Source: Gammaproteobacteria bacterium
GTDB taxonomy: Bacteria; Pseudomonadota; Gammaproteobacteria; SZUA-140
Assembly (NCBI GenBank): GCA_015491865.1
Contig: WFVD01000004.1
Location: 17,294 to 81,293, forward strand
Length of the DNA: 64,000 bases
Direction: 5' to 3'
The translations under genes were made by a program, and so were the position numbers. The notes below the pieces were generated by a model that saw nothing but the letters and a program-made list of their open reading frames with translations, was not told where the DNA came from and searched no databases. Shown here piece after piece: positions 35,823 to 45,604 of this stretch (positions are counted from its first letter, which is position 1; each line of letters begins with the position of its first letter).

Positions 35823-36203
35823 ACTAGCACCTCCATTTGTGAGTCAATAACGCTGGCCATACAACAACAGCAGCAGGCTTTGTTTAAAGATACAGCTAAC
35901 GGAGACAAGTGGCTGTAACCTAAGTTACAGATCTCAACCCGCTACTACCCTGCGTACGAAGGGGTCGGCGGTCCGCGACCAGCACCCGGCCAGCCTTCTC
36001 ACCTGCGGGGTCGTTTCGCAGTTCGCATCAAGAGGCGAGACAGAGACCTGGCACAGGCCACAGGCAGGGCGCTACACCACGTTTATTAAGGTGGTTCAAG
36101 GGTCGAACACAATGAGCACGGCAGCTAGATTCAGGTTCACTGGCAGCGCTGAAAACATGATTAACTTACAAGGGAGGGTTAAGCACTCACCGGAGAAGCT
36201 AAT
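35823..36203. other. 380-nt ORF-free GC-rich region with several perfect hairpins (candidate structured RNA or long 5'UTR)
   Basis: no ORF above 60 aa; hairpins CTGTAACCTAAGTTACAG and CCACGTTTATTAAGGTGG. Confidence 0.35.
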
Positions 36204-36851
36204 TCACAGCAGGTCCATCTTGATGGCGTAATGGGTCAACTCGCTATTGTCCTTCATCTTCATTTTCGCCAGGATACGCGTGCGGTAGGTGCTGATGGTC
36301 TTGACGCTTAGCGACAGCCGCTCACCGATCTGGGTTAATGACTCACCCGACGCAATCAGGCAGAGCACCTCATACTCACGGTCTGAGAGGGTGCTGTGGG
36401 GCGCAGCCAGCGAATCTCCCTCAAGAATGTCGAGCAACATATCCGCTGTATTCTCAGAAATATAACGCCCCCCATTTGAGACCTTTGCTACCGCTTTAAG
36501 CAGCTCATCAGTCACCGCTTCTTTATTAATATAACCATTTGCGCCGCCCCGAAAGGCTCTCAGTGCATACTGGTCGGAGGCGTGAATACTCAGCACCAGC
36601 ACCGGCGTTTCGCAGCCATCGGCACGTACCCGCTTCAGCACGTCGATGCCACTTTTGTCAGGCAGCGAAATATCCAGCAGGATGACATCATACGCTTGCT
36701 CTTTGATCTTTTTAATCGCATCGATCGCGCAATCAACCTCACCGACATCGACGTCGGGCATCCCTTCATTCAGAATCTGCTTGAGGCCTGCACGCACAAT
36801 GGCGTGGTCATCTACGATCAATACCTTATTTAACTTCATCAGAGCTACCAT
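36204..36851 (-). CDS. NarL/FixJ (LuxR)-family response regulator
   Basis: 215 aa; REC domain with phosphoacceptor D (VILLDISLPD) plus C-terminal LuxR HTH; start overlaps the upstream hybrid kinase by 26 nt. Confidence 0.85.
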   Translation of the reverse strand: MVALMKLNKVLIVDDHAIVRAGLKQILNEGMPDVDVGEVDCAIDAIKKIKEQAYDVILLDISLPDKSGIDVLKRVRADGCETPVLVLSIHASDQYALRAFRGGANGYINKEAVTDELLKAVAKVSNGGRYISENTADMLLDILEGDSLAAPHSTLSDREYEVLCLIASGESLTQIGERLSLSVKTISTYRTRILAKMKMKDNSELTHYAIKMDLL

Positions 36852-37941
36852 CTCTTATGGGGATTGAAAGTTTAACAAGCGTTCCACTACCAGGACTAGA
36901 GAGCACCTCAATTTCGCCACCCATCACGAGTGCTCGCTCACTCATACTGATAACCCCAAAGGAATCCTTGTTTCGGCGCCTATTCATATCAAAACCGCAG
37001 CCATCATCAAAAATTTCAACCATAAGCTGCTCACCCTCATCCATTACGCTCACAGCAACACGGCTGGCCCCTGCATGTTTTGCAATATTATTGAGCGCTT
37101 CCTGAAAAATCCTGAAAATTGAGATATCGTAATCCTTGTTTTCAAAGCTAAAGTCGTCACAATTCCGATCCAGCTCTACATTGACATCGTTGCGTTTTCC
37201 AAACGCCTCCAGCTGCCACTCAATAGTCGCGATCAGGCCGAGGTCATCGATCATACTAGGGCGCATCTCGGTGATAACCTGACGCACCGATGCAATGGCA
37301 CCATCGATCAATTTTGTCATCCCGGCGAGCTTCTCATCCGCCTCGCTGTTCTGGCCTCCCAGTTTTCTGATCAGCCATTTTAGGTCAATTTTCAGGGCGG
37401 CCATACCACTGCCAAGATCATCATGCAGATCACGTGCAAAACGTTCACGCTCATCTTCTCGTGCATTCTGTAGATGTGCGGCCAGCCGCCTGAGCAAGCG
37501 CCTTGATGACTCTAGCTCACGATTGGCAACCTTCTGTTTACGCACCAGGTCATAGGCTGTCATCGCATTTCTGACTGAAGATGGCAGCCGCGCCAGATTG
37601 TCCTTCATCACATAATCGAAGGCTCCAGCCTTTAATGCATCGATGGCTACTTTCTCATCGATCATCCCTGAAACAACCAGCAGCGGGATCTCCTGCCCAC
37701 TCTCATGCAGCACCTCCAGCGCACGTGAAGAGGAGAAGCCGGGCATGAAGTGATCACATACCACCACATCCCAGCTGTTATCAGCCAGCTCGCTTTTCAG
37801 CGCTGCTTCACTGCAGATCATCTCGCAGTTGACATCAAATCCATCTGTACGAAGATATTCAGTGATCAGCACCATGTCGCTCTCTGAGTCTTCAATAAGA
37901 AGTAGATTAATCTTCACCCTTTCACCTGTCCAATTCACCAA
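36826..37941 (-). CDS. hybrid receiver-histidine kinase (N-terminal REC + HisKA_3 + HATPase_c)
   Basis: 371 aa; REC (VVVCDHFMPGF); H-box ERERFARDLHDDLGS typical of NarX/DesK-type HisKA_3; G-boxes DDGCGF, GSGT. Confidence 0.8.
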   Translation of the reverse strand: MVNWTGERVKINLLLIEDSESDMVLITEYLRTDGFDVNCEMICSEAALKSELADNSWDVVVCDHFMPGFSSSRALEVLHESGQEIPLLVVSGMIDEKVAIDALKAGAFDYVMKDNLARLPSSVRNAMTAYDLVRKQKVANRELESSRRLLRRLAAHLQNAREDERERFARDLHDDLGSGMAALKIDLKWLIRKLGGQNSEADEKLAGMTKLIDGAIASVRQVITEMRPSMIDDLGLIATIEWQLEAFGKRNDVNVELDRNCDDFSFENKDYDISIFRIFQEALNNIAKHAGASRVAVSVMDEGEQLMVEIFDDGCGFDMNRRRNKDSFGVISMSERALVMGGEIEVLSSPGSGTLVKLSIPIRDGSSDEVK

Positions 37942-38003
37942 AACCTGCTAACATTCATACCTGCTTATTCAATAACGGCGGCTAGAAACCGCATGGCGAG
38001 CAC

Positions 38004-38462
38004 ATGCCGGACGTTTCGATGATAACCCAAAACAAGTTGAGCAAGTCGCCCAGATTGATATTACTCATTGAAGATAATGATGACGATATTTTGTTGACGA
38101 AAATGGCAATCAACGATATCGCTGCCCCTCCTGACCTGCTTGTGATAAAGGATGGAAAGGCAGGGCTTGATTACCTGCTAGATGAGTCCACCAGAGAACC
38201 CTCATTAACACTACTGGATCTCAAGCTGCCAGCCATCAACGGGCTGACTGTCGCTGAAAAGATTTCGGAAAATGAGCGGCTCAGAAGAATCCCGCTGGTT
38301 GCGCTCACCACATCACTGGAACCCGGTGATATCAGTCGCTGTTACGACGCAAACATCAACAGCTATCTACGTAAACCCGTTGACTTTGATGAATTCAGAT
38401 CCTTAATTAATAAGACAATCGAATATTGGCTTGAGCTAAATATTCCGCCCTCCGGCAGATAA
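38004..38462 (+). CDS. single-domain CheY-like response regulator (receiver only)
   Basis: 152 aa; LLDLKLP phosphoacceptor region; YLRKP motif. Confidence 0.8.
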   Translation: MPDVSMITQNKLSKSPRLILLIEDNDDDILLTKMAINDIAAPPDLLVIKDGKAGLDYLLDESTREPSLTLLDLKLPAINGLTVAEKISENERLRRIPLVALTTSLEPGDISRCYDANINSYLRKPVDFDEFRSLINKTIEYWLELNIPPSGR

Positions 38463-38476
38463 CTCCCCCCCTGCTG

Positions 38477-40303
38477 CTACACCTCTGCTTCGTGCGGATT
38501 CGACAGGGTAAAATAGAAGGTCGCCCCCTCTCCAGGGCTGGAATCTGCCCATACCCTGCCACCGTGACGCCGAATAATGCGGTGTACCGTGGCCAGCCCG
38601 ATTCCACTCCCCTCATATTCACCCGCCTGATGAAGCTGATGGAACGGAAGAAACAACCGCTCAGCATAGGCCATATCAAACCCTTCACCATTATCGGCGA
38701 CGAAATAGGTCTCCTGCCCGCCTTCCGGGACAAACATCCCCACTTCAATATAGGCATCTTTTCGTTTTCGGGTAAACTTTAGCGCATTGCTCAACAGGTT
38801 ATAGAGAACAACATCCATCAAATGACAATCGGCAGTGGCATGCAACCCTTGCTGGATTTTGACACTGGCCTGATAAGGTTTCTCTGCAGCTTCATTAATC
38901 CGCTTATATACCTGAGCTGCGAGCTCCGTCAGATTACAGTCTGAAAGAACGATCCCCTCCCGTACATAGCGAGCGAGGTTTAACAGGCTGTCGATTAGCT
39001 CACTCATTCGGTTACTGGAAGCACGAATACGGGCCAGGTAATCCTGACCATCTTCATCCAGAGACGCTTTATACCGCTCAGTTAACAGTGAACTAAACCC
39101 ACCAATCGCCCGGAGAGGTCCTCGCAGGTCGTGCGAAACTGAGTAGCTAAACGACTCCAGCTCCTTGTTGATCTCATTGAGCTCGCGGTTATTACGAATA
39201 AGGGAGTGGTTCAGCGCCTCAATCTTCTTTTCATAATTATTACGCTCGGTCATATCACGAATCGTGGCGACTGCCATCAGATCACCGTTCAATGTCACGC
39301 TATTAAGTGAGATCTCGACAGGAAACAATTCCCCCCCTTTACGAACCGCTTCTAATTTAGTCCCGATACCCAGCTCACGCGGTGACGGGTTTAGCAAATA
39401 GTTGTCAAATAATTTACGATGATTTTCCTGGATCTGCTCTGGCAGAAGGCAACTAATGTTTTTCCCTGTAAGCTCTTCCTTCTGATATCCAAACATCTCT
39501 TTGACTGCACTATTGATCCAGACAAAGCGTGACATTTTATCAACCGTAATCACACTATCTGAAAGGCTGTTAAGGATATTCTCGAGCGCCTCTTTATTCT
39601 CCTCCGCAATGATCTTTGATTTCAAATACTGACGGTTGACCATCATCACTATATAGAGCAGAAAAATGACAGCAGACACCAATAACACCAGCATCAGAAT
39701 AATCAGCCCAATCGTATTATCTGTCTTTTCCCGAATGGCACCAATCTCATTATTGGTGTGTGTGATCACATAATTTGATAGAGCGCTCAATGCATTTAAC
39801 GCGGGCATATCATCAACATAAACCAGCCTGTCCAGCGCTTTCGCATCGATACCTGCTGCGATCTTCTCCCTGGCTAGCTCCAGCTTCGCCACATATTGCG
39901 CCATCACACCCTGAATAATGTAATAATGCTCCTGCAGCTCAGCCGCTGTCGCCTGGCTTCTATTCATCTCTTCGTTTCCAACGGTAACCCTGTACCTCTC
40001 AAGATCTTCCAGCATCGCATCCATATTACGTTCAACTTCTTTCAGCAGTGCATCATCCTGACGAAGAATATAATTCTTAAAGTTATGAATAAAACCGCCA
40101 TAACCCATATGACTATAAAGACTGGCGATTACTTCTGATTCACGGCCAAGATGGGTTGAATAGCTATCCCAGTCTGCCTCAACCTTTTTAATGCGATCGA
40201 CCAGTAACACGCCACCAGCACCAAAAACAAAGACCAACAACAAGGCAACAGATCGCAACATAGTAGACTGGGTATTAATTACCGACCGCTCACCTTTAAA
40301 CAT
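38477..40303 (-). CDS. sensor histidine kinase (2 TM with about 170-aa periplasmic sensor domain, PAS, HisKA, HATPase_c)
   Basis: 608 aa; H-box SHDLRGPLRAIGGFSSLL; N, G1, G2 boxes; PAS between TM2 and HisKA. Confidence 0.85.
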   Translation of the reverse strand: MFKGERSVINTQSTMLRSVALLLVFVFGAGGVLLVDRIKKVEADWDSYSTHLGRESEVIASLYSHMGYGGFIHNFKNYILRQDDALLKEVERNMDAMLEDLERYRVTVGNEEMNRSQATAAELQEHYYIIQGVMAQYVAKLELAREKIAAGIDAKALDRLVYVDDMPALNALSALSNYVITHTNNEIGAIREKTDNTIGLIILMLVLLVSAVIFLLYIVMMVNRQYLKSKIIAEENKEALENILNSLSDSVITVDKMSRFVWINSAVKEMFGYQKEELTGKNISCLLPEQIQENHRKLFDNYLLNPSPRELGIGTKLEAVRKGGELFPVEISLNSVTLNGDLMAVATIRDMTERNNYEKKIEALNHSLIRNNRELNEINKELESFSYSVSHDLRGPLRAIGGFSSLLTERYKASLDEDGQDYLARIRASSNRMSELIDSLLNLARYVREGIVLSDCNLTELAAQVYKRINEAAEKPYQASVKIQQGLHATADCHLMDVVLYNLLSNALKFTRKRKDAYIEVGMFVPEGGQETYFVADNGEGFDMAYAERLFLPFHQLHQAGEYEGSGIGLATVHRIIRRHGGRVWADSSPGEGATFYFTLSNPHEAEV

Positions 40304-40434
40304 AGTTTCCGCTCCAGTAAGAAAAATATGAGTCGCACAAAGCGCTCAATACGTGCCGCCATCAGAAAAGCAGTGTACAGTATCACTCGAATGAAACCAG
40401 CGCGCTAATATGTGCTGCGAAATGGAGAAAATTA

Positions 40435-41226
40435 ATGGCAAAGCAAGAGCAGTTACTGACTATCGATATCGATTCGCGTGGTGTCTGCACTTTGGCGCTA
40501 AATATCCCGGAAAAGCACAACGCCTTTAATGGCAAGGTGATTGCCGCATTACGAACAGCACTTGATGAACTTGAGCAGAACCAGCGTGTACGCATTTTAG
40601 TGCTAACAGGTAACGGTCATACATTCTCCAGTGGCGCAGATCTGGACTGGATGAAAGCGGCAGCCGACCGAGATGAGGCGGCCAATCATAAAGACTCTGA
40701 GGCACTCGCGCAGCTAATGCGTGTCTTATATGAATATAAAAAACCCACCGTTGCCCGCATAAATGGCGGAGCTTACGGCGGCGCACTCGGCCTGATCGCC
40801 TGTTGTGATATCGCCATTGCAACACGTTCAGCGCAGTTCGCCTTTACTGAGGTCCGTTTTGGGCTGGTGCCAGCCGTCATCGCACCATACATTCTTAAGG
40901 CAATTGGCGAACGCCATACACGCAGCCTATTCCTCACCGCTGAACGTTTCTCAAGCAGTTTTGCAGCAGCGATCAATTTTATTCATCAGGTTGCTGATGA
41001 CGATGCACTTGACAGCGCAGTCAATCAGGTCACCGAGAGGCTACTTAAGGCGGGGCCTCATTCCATTCAGGCGTGTAAACAGCTGATTCGCTCACTCACT
41101 ATCGAAGCCAACGCAGAATCATCGGCAAAGCTGATCGCACAACTGCGCACATCAAAAGAGGGCCAGGAGGGGATGGCTGCGTTTTTTGAAAAGCGCGATC
41201 CATCATGGGTAAACCACTACACCTGA
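40435..41226 (+). CDS. enoyl-CoA hydratase/isomerase (crotonase) family protein
   Basis: 263 aa; oxyanion-hole region GNGHTFSSGADL and catalytic Glu region. Confidence 0.8.
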   Translation: MAKQEQLLTIDIDSRGVCTLALNIPEKHNAFNGKVIAALRTALDELEQNQRVRILVLTGNGHTFSSGADLDWMKAAADRDEAANHKDSEALAQLMRVLYEYKKPTVARINGGAYGGALGLIACCDIAIATRSAQFAFTEVRFGLVPAVIAPYILKAIGERHTRSLFLTAERFSSSFAAAINFIHQVADDDALDSAVNQVTERLLKAGPHSIQACKQLIRSLTIEANAESSAKLIAQLRTSKEGQEGMAAFFEKRDPSWVNHYT

Positions 41227-41251
41227 TTGTCTGCTAAACAGGTTTAGCGCC

Positions 41252-42634
41252 TCACATCAGAAAAACTCGAAAAGAACGCCCTTTTACCTTGCCACTGTTT
41301 AACCTGGCCAGTGCCTGGCTGGCAACCTTTCGACTCACCGCCACATAGGCCCACTGGTCGAAGATCTGAATCTTTCCCACCTGCTTGCCATCAATGCCAT
41401 TGTCACCCGTGAGTGCCCCTAGAATATCGCCAGGCCTCACCTTCTGTTTTTTACCGCCGCCAATCTGCAGGGTTGCCATCGCTGGCTGATAGACAGGTTT
41501 ATCCCGCAGATTAACGGACGGCAACGCTTCAATAGCAATTGAATGACCAAGATACGCCTCAAGGCGTTCGATCTTATACTGCTCTTTTTCACTATACAAT
41601 GTGCATGCAATGCCGCGGCTACCGGCTCTTCCAGTTCGTCCCACACGATGAATATGAACTTCTAAATCGTTAGCCACGCGGTAGTTGATCACGGCATCAA
41701 GCGCACCGATATCCAGCCCGCGCGCAGCGACATCCGTCGCCACCAGTATTGAGACACTCTTATTTGAGAAGCGTACCAGAATACGGTCGCGCACTTTCTG
41801 CTCCAGGTCTCCATGCAATGCTAGCGCACTAAAGCCCAGCGCATGCAGCGATTCGGCAACCTCCTGTGTCTCTTTTCTGGTGTTGCAAAACACCAGCGTA
41901 GAATCCGGGCGATAGTGCTGTAACAACAGCCGCAACGCAGTAAAGCGTGATGCACCCTCATCGACCTTAAACAGAAGTTGCTGGATAGTGCTGCTGCCGT
42001 GTGTCGCTTCAACCTGCACCACCACTGGCTTGTTCATGATGCGTTTAGCGATCGACTTAATTTCGTCTGGATAGGTCGCACTAAACAACAGGGTTTGACG
42101 CCCTTTGGGAAGGCTGTCAATGATCGCATCGAGCGAGGATTGAAAACCCATATCGAGCATTCGGTCTGCTTCATCCAGCACGAGTGTGTGCAGACTATCG
42201 GGCGTTAACGTTCCTCGGCGCAGATGCTCTTCCACTCGTCCCGGTGTCCCAACAACAATATGGGCACCACCCTCCATTGGCCCTCGCTGCGCCTTAAACG
42301 GGATACCGCCACAGAGGGTTAACACCTTAATGTTCTGGATCGACCGGGCCAGCCTGCGAATCTCTTTCGCCACCTGATCGGACAGCTCCCGCGTCGGACA
42401 CAACACCAGCGCCTGCACCCGGAACCGCTTTATATCCAGCTTCTCAAGCAACCCCAGACTAAATGCAGCCGTTTTACCTGAACCCGTTTTTCCCTGGGCG
42501 ATAACATCTTTACCAGCCAGAATGAGAGGAAGGCTCTGCGCCTGAATCGGTGTCATCTCAAGATACTCAAGCGAGGCCAGATTCTCGATCAGGGCGGATT
42601 GAAGTGTCAGGGATGAAAAAGCGCTCTCATTCAT
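41252..42634 (-). CDS. dbpA: ATP-dependent RNA helicase DbpA
   Basis: 460 aa; DEAD-box motifs (GSGKT, DEAD, SAT, HRVGRTGRAG) plus C-terminal DbpA RNA-binding domain (RPGDILGALTGDNGIDGKQVGKI). Confidence 0.85.
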   Translation of the reverse strand: MNESAFSSLTLQSALIENLASLEYLEMTPIQAQSLPLILAGKDVIAQGKTGSGKTAAFSLGLLEKLDIKRFRVQALVLCPTRELSDQVAKEIRRLARSIQNIKVLTLCGGIPFKAQRGPMEGGAHIVVGTPGRVEEHLRRGTLTPDSLHTLVLDEADRMLDMGFQSSLDAIIDSLPKGRQTLLFSATYPDEIKSIAKRIMNKPVVVQVEATHGSSTIQQLLFKVDEGASRFTALRLLLQHYRPDSTLVFCNTRKETQEVAESLHALGFSALALHGDLEQKVRDRILVRFSNKSVSILVATDVAARGLDIGALDAVINYRVANDLEVHIHRVGRTGRAGSRGIACTLYSEKEQYKIERLEAYLGHSIAIEALPSVNLRDKPVYQPAMATLQIGGGKKQKVRPGDILGALTGDNGIDGKQVGKIQIFDQWAYVAVSRKVASQALARLNSGKVKGRSFRVFLM

Positions 42635-42688
42635 ACGATGTTCCCGGCAGTATAGCCGTCAGTGGTTATTGATCAGCACATCTGACCA

Positions 42689-42730
42689 ACAAAAAAGGGC
42701 AGAACCAATAGGCCCTGCCCTTTCTGTTTT
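42689..42730 (-). terminator. rho-independent terminator downstream of cspA-family gene 1
   Basis: 8-bp stem AAGGGCAG/CTGCCCTT with 12-nt loop, flanked by an A-run and a T-run. Confidence 0.6.
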
Positions 42731-42784
42731 CACTCCAGCACTGGAGCGAGACTGGCCTACATCGCAGACCAGCAGCGATAAAAA

Positions 42785-42991
42785 CTAGATCGCTACGATA
42801 TTCTCAGCCTGAGGGCCTTTCTGCCCCTGGGTCACGGTGAATTCAACCTGCTGACCTTCGGTAAGGGTTTTGAAACCGTCACCTGAAATCGCGCTGAAAT
42901 GAGCGAAGACGTCTGGACCAGACTGCTGCTCGATAAAACCAAAACCTTTAGATTCGTTGAACCACTTAACGGTACCGGTAGTTGTAGACAT
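42785..42991 (-). CDS. cold-shock protein (CspA family)
   Basis: start [20 protein letters not shown] (residue 21 of the track ORF); RNP1/RNP2 motifs. Confidence 0.88.
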   Translation of the reverse strand: MSTTTGTVKWFNESKGFGFIEQQSGPDVFAHFSAISGDGFKTLTEGQQVEFTVTQGQKGPQAENIVAI

Positions 42992-43270
42992 AGTTATATT
43001 CCTAATTAAAATTTGAGTAATTTCAGCCATCCCCAAGTCAGAGAAGGCCATTTGTTGAGAAGTGCTGCTATTACTTATGGTAATCAGGACGAGAACTAAT
43101 ACAGGACATCGAAATGGTTGTGCATAAATGTAAGACGAACTTTCAAGCAGTTATAATTATATAGACGATTCCCTTGTTGTCAACGTCTATTAGCGGATAA
43201 TAGTATCGGCTTAACCACTCTGAACCAGCACCTTTCTCGAAAAACCAGCATAAGAAGGAGAACCGTCATC

Positions 43271-43714
43271 GTGGGACTTCTATTGGCCATCGCCATCAAA
43301 CATAAAAAACGAGGCACCATGTGTGAGCTGAATCATGCACAGGTCACCACCACATCAGGTGTCGCCAATGACTTTCGCGGCAAGCCGGGCGCAAGACAGG
43401 TCACCCTGCTAACGCGCGAAGGCTGGCTGGCAGCCTGCAAAGAGAATAGAGTGGAATACCCCTGGCTGGCACGACGAGCCAATCTCTATATTGAAGGGGT
43501 AAATCTGTATGAATCAAGCGGAAAGTGCCTTACCATCGGCCAGCTACAGCTACTGATTACCCAGGAAACAGAGCCGTGCAGTCGCATGCGAGAGGTAGAC
43601 AACACTCTGTTTGACGCCCTGAATAAGGAGTGGCGCGGCGGTGTCTGCTGCCGCGTTATTCAGGGCGGATTTATTACGATCGGCGACGCGGTGGAGATAA
43701 CCGATGTACGATAA
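43271..43714 (+). CDS. MOSC-domain protein
   Basis: 147 aa; invariant Cys in the ETEPCSRM block. Confidence 0.6.
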   Translation: MGLLLAIAIKHKKRGTMCELNHAQVTTTSGVANDFRGKPGARQVTLLTREGWLAACKENRVEYPWLARRANLYIEGVNLYESSGKCLTIGQLQLLITQETEPCSRMREVDNTLFDALNKEWRGGVCCRVIQGGFITIGDAVEITDVR

Positions 43715-44267
43715 CAGTAGCACGGCCAGGGTAATTGCTGAAACGCGTCGCTGGCTTCAACAGATCGTGCTCCACCATAACCTCTGCCCCTTTGCCCACA
43801 AACCTTTCCAGCAGGAGACGATCCAATACATCGTCTGCCTGGAAAAAGAGCCTGAAGCGGTAATAGCCGCATTAATTGAAGCGCTGTTGCAGCTGCACGA
43901 CAGTGATATCACTGTGATCGAGACCACCCTTTTCATCACCCCCAACTGCTTTAACGGTTTCGATGAATACAATGATTTCCTGACTGTTGTCGACGCGCTC
44001 ATCGAACAGCTTAACCTGGAAAGCGTCATTCAGGTCGCCAGTTTCCATCCAAATTACCAATTTGCCGACCTCGGGGCCACTGATGTGCGTAATTTCACCA
44101 ACCGCTCACTCCACCCCCTCTTTCATCTGATCCGGGAAGCAAGTGTCAAGCATGCGCGTGCGACACATCCAGATGTGCTCAGTATTCCCCAAACCAACAT
44201 GGAGCTGCTAAAGCGGCAGGGATTAGAAGTAACATTAAGCGAGATCGAGCATTGCCGCCTTAAATAG
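43704..44267 (+). CDS. conserved hypothetical protein (DUF1415-like)
   Basis: 187 aa; overlaps the MOSC gene by 11 nt (operon); family assignment from memory only. Confidence 0.45.
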   Translation: MYDNSSTARVIAETRRWLQQIVLHHNLCPFAHKPFQQETIQYIVCLEKEPEAVIAALIEALLQLHDSDITVIETTLFITPNCFNGFDEYNDFLTVVDALIEQLNLESVIQVASFHPNYQFADLGATDVRNFTNRSLHPLFHLIREASVKHARATHPDVLSIPQTNMELLKRQGLEVTLSEIEHCRLK

Positions 44268-44301
44268 AGACGACCGAGAGCCAGGTTTCATTCAGCGATG
44301 A

Positions 44302-44781
44302 TCAATCCCTGGGGCGATATTTAAGCTGCATCCCCATCAAAAAATTGCGTAACACCTGGTCCTGGCATTCACGATAATTTTTATGTGAAGGCTTCCTGAA
44401 AAAAGCGCTCAACTCATGCTTGCTGAGGCGGACTTTTGTTAATGCAAGGAGCTCCAGCGTATCATCCGCGCTCAAATTCAGTGCGATTTTCAGCTTTCTA
44501 AAAATGATATTATTATTTAAACGTTTCTCTGGTACTGGTTGTTCACCCTCTCTTCTCCCGCGCCGTTCATTGATCAAACCGTTAAGAAAGAGTGCCAGCT
44601 GCAAATCGCTGCACACCTTAAAGGCGGGATCATCATCGGCCTTCAACCACGCGCTCACCTGCTCACGCGTCACCTCAAGATCTGCCTGCGAAAATATCGC
44701 CATCATCTCTGAATCATTAAAATCAAAGGTATAACGTATACGGCGTAAAACATCATTATTGGTCACAGATCGTTCCTGCAT
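44302..44781 (-). CDS. DUF1456 (YehS-like) protein
   Basis: 159 aa; two repeated helical modules. Confidence 0.45.
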   Translation of the reverse strand: MQERSVTNNDVLRRIRYTFDFNDSEMMAIFSQADLEVTREQVSAWLKADDDPAFKVCSDLQLALFLNGLINERRGRREGEQPVPEKRLNNNIIFRKLKIALNLSADDTLELLALTKVRLSKHELSAFFRKPSHKNYRECQDQVLRNFLMGMQLKYRPRD

Positions 44782-44902
44782 TAATTTAAGGTAGCGCTGA
44801 TTTTATCAGTTTTTTCAGTATCCGCCTCACCCAGCTTCACCAGATGAACTGCCAGCACACCTGCCGATAATTGCACAATACCAAAACGATCAGTATATCC
44901 CA

Positions 44903-45382
44903 CTATGCTTCGGCTCCCTCTAGTGGCTCCACCATTAGTAACTCACGATCTATCCCATCAACACCAACTACCCTCACCTTCTCTCCCGCCTCACAATCAG
45001 CACCTCGTATCCTCAGGGTCACCCCCTGAATCGTAAATTGCCCATTGCCATTTACAATCGGCTGTTCCAGTGTAATCACATGCCCGATTAAGCGATCTAC
45101 ACGCAGCACCATCTTTGGTTCCTCATCACTCGCCGTCTCAGCCCCGCTCTTCCGCTCTCCTATTACCAATGTGGTCAAAACAACACCCAGCATCGCAACA
45201 GCAAAGAAAAGACCAACCTGATACATCACCGGAAATTCGGGGTAAAACCAAAGAACCCCCCCCACCACGGTTGAGGAGATGGCCACCCAGGCCGGCTTAC
45301 TATTTGAAAAATAAAATGCAAATGTACAGGCCAGTAGTGTAATAACCCACCAGTGCCACTGTTCCAACATAAATCCCGTCAT
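44903..45382 (-). CDS. NfeD-family membrane protein (C-terminal OB-fold)
   Basis: 159 aa; N-terminal TM helices plus C-terminal beta-barrel segment; no SPFH/stomatin partner in the window. Confidence 0.55.
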   Translation of the reverse strand: MTGFMLEQWHWWVITLLACTFAFYFSNSKPAWVAISSTVVGGVLWFYPEFPVMYQVGLFFAVAMLGVVLTTLVIGERKSGAETASDEEPKMVLRVDRLIGHVITLEQPIVNGNGQFTIQGVTLRIRGADCEAGEKVRVVGVDGIDRELLMVEPLEGAEA

Positions 45383-45604
45383 GATTTCCTCGCGGTAACA
45401 CTTTTATTCAAAAGATCAAAATATTGAATGGTGTAGTCTATATAGACCCACATGACTTGACTACCAATAATCAAAAAAGCGCTCCTACCAATATTAAAAC
45501 CGAAGATAACGAGGATTTTTTCTACCGATTCCTCTAAAATATGGCTCTATTTTTCGGTCGGTACGATATGATTTCCCGGCCAGTTTCAAGGGTACTTTAA
45601 AAAC

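Noticed and set aside
35823-36203. Tested whether the 380-nt gap is tmRNA, RNase P RNA, 6S RNA, SRP RNA or a c-di-GMP-I riboswitch
   Set aside because: Only short coincidental matches to remembered E. coli sequences (for example GGTTCAAGGGT shared with 6S). There is no tag-peptide ORF ending ALAA, no GGAAAGTCCGG P4 motif, no GGUCAGGUCCGGAAGGAAGCAGCC, and no GEMM GGCAAACC/GGGACGCAAAGCC blocks. It is left as an unassigned candidate.
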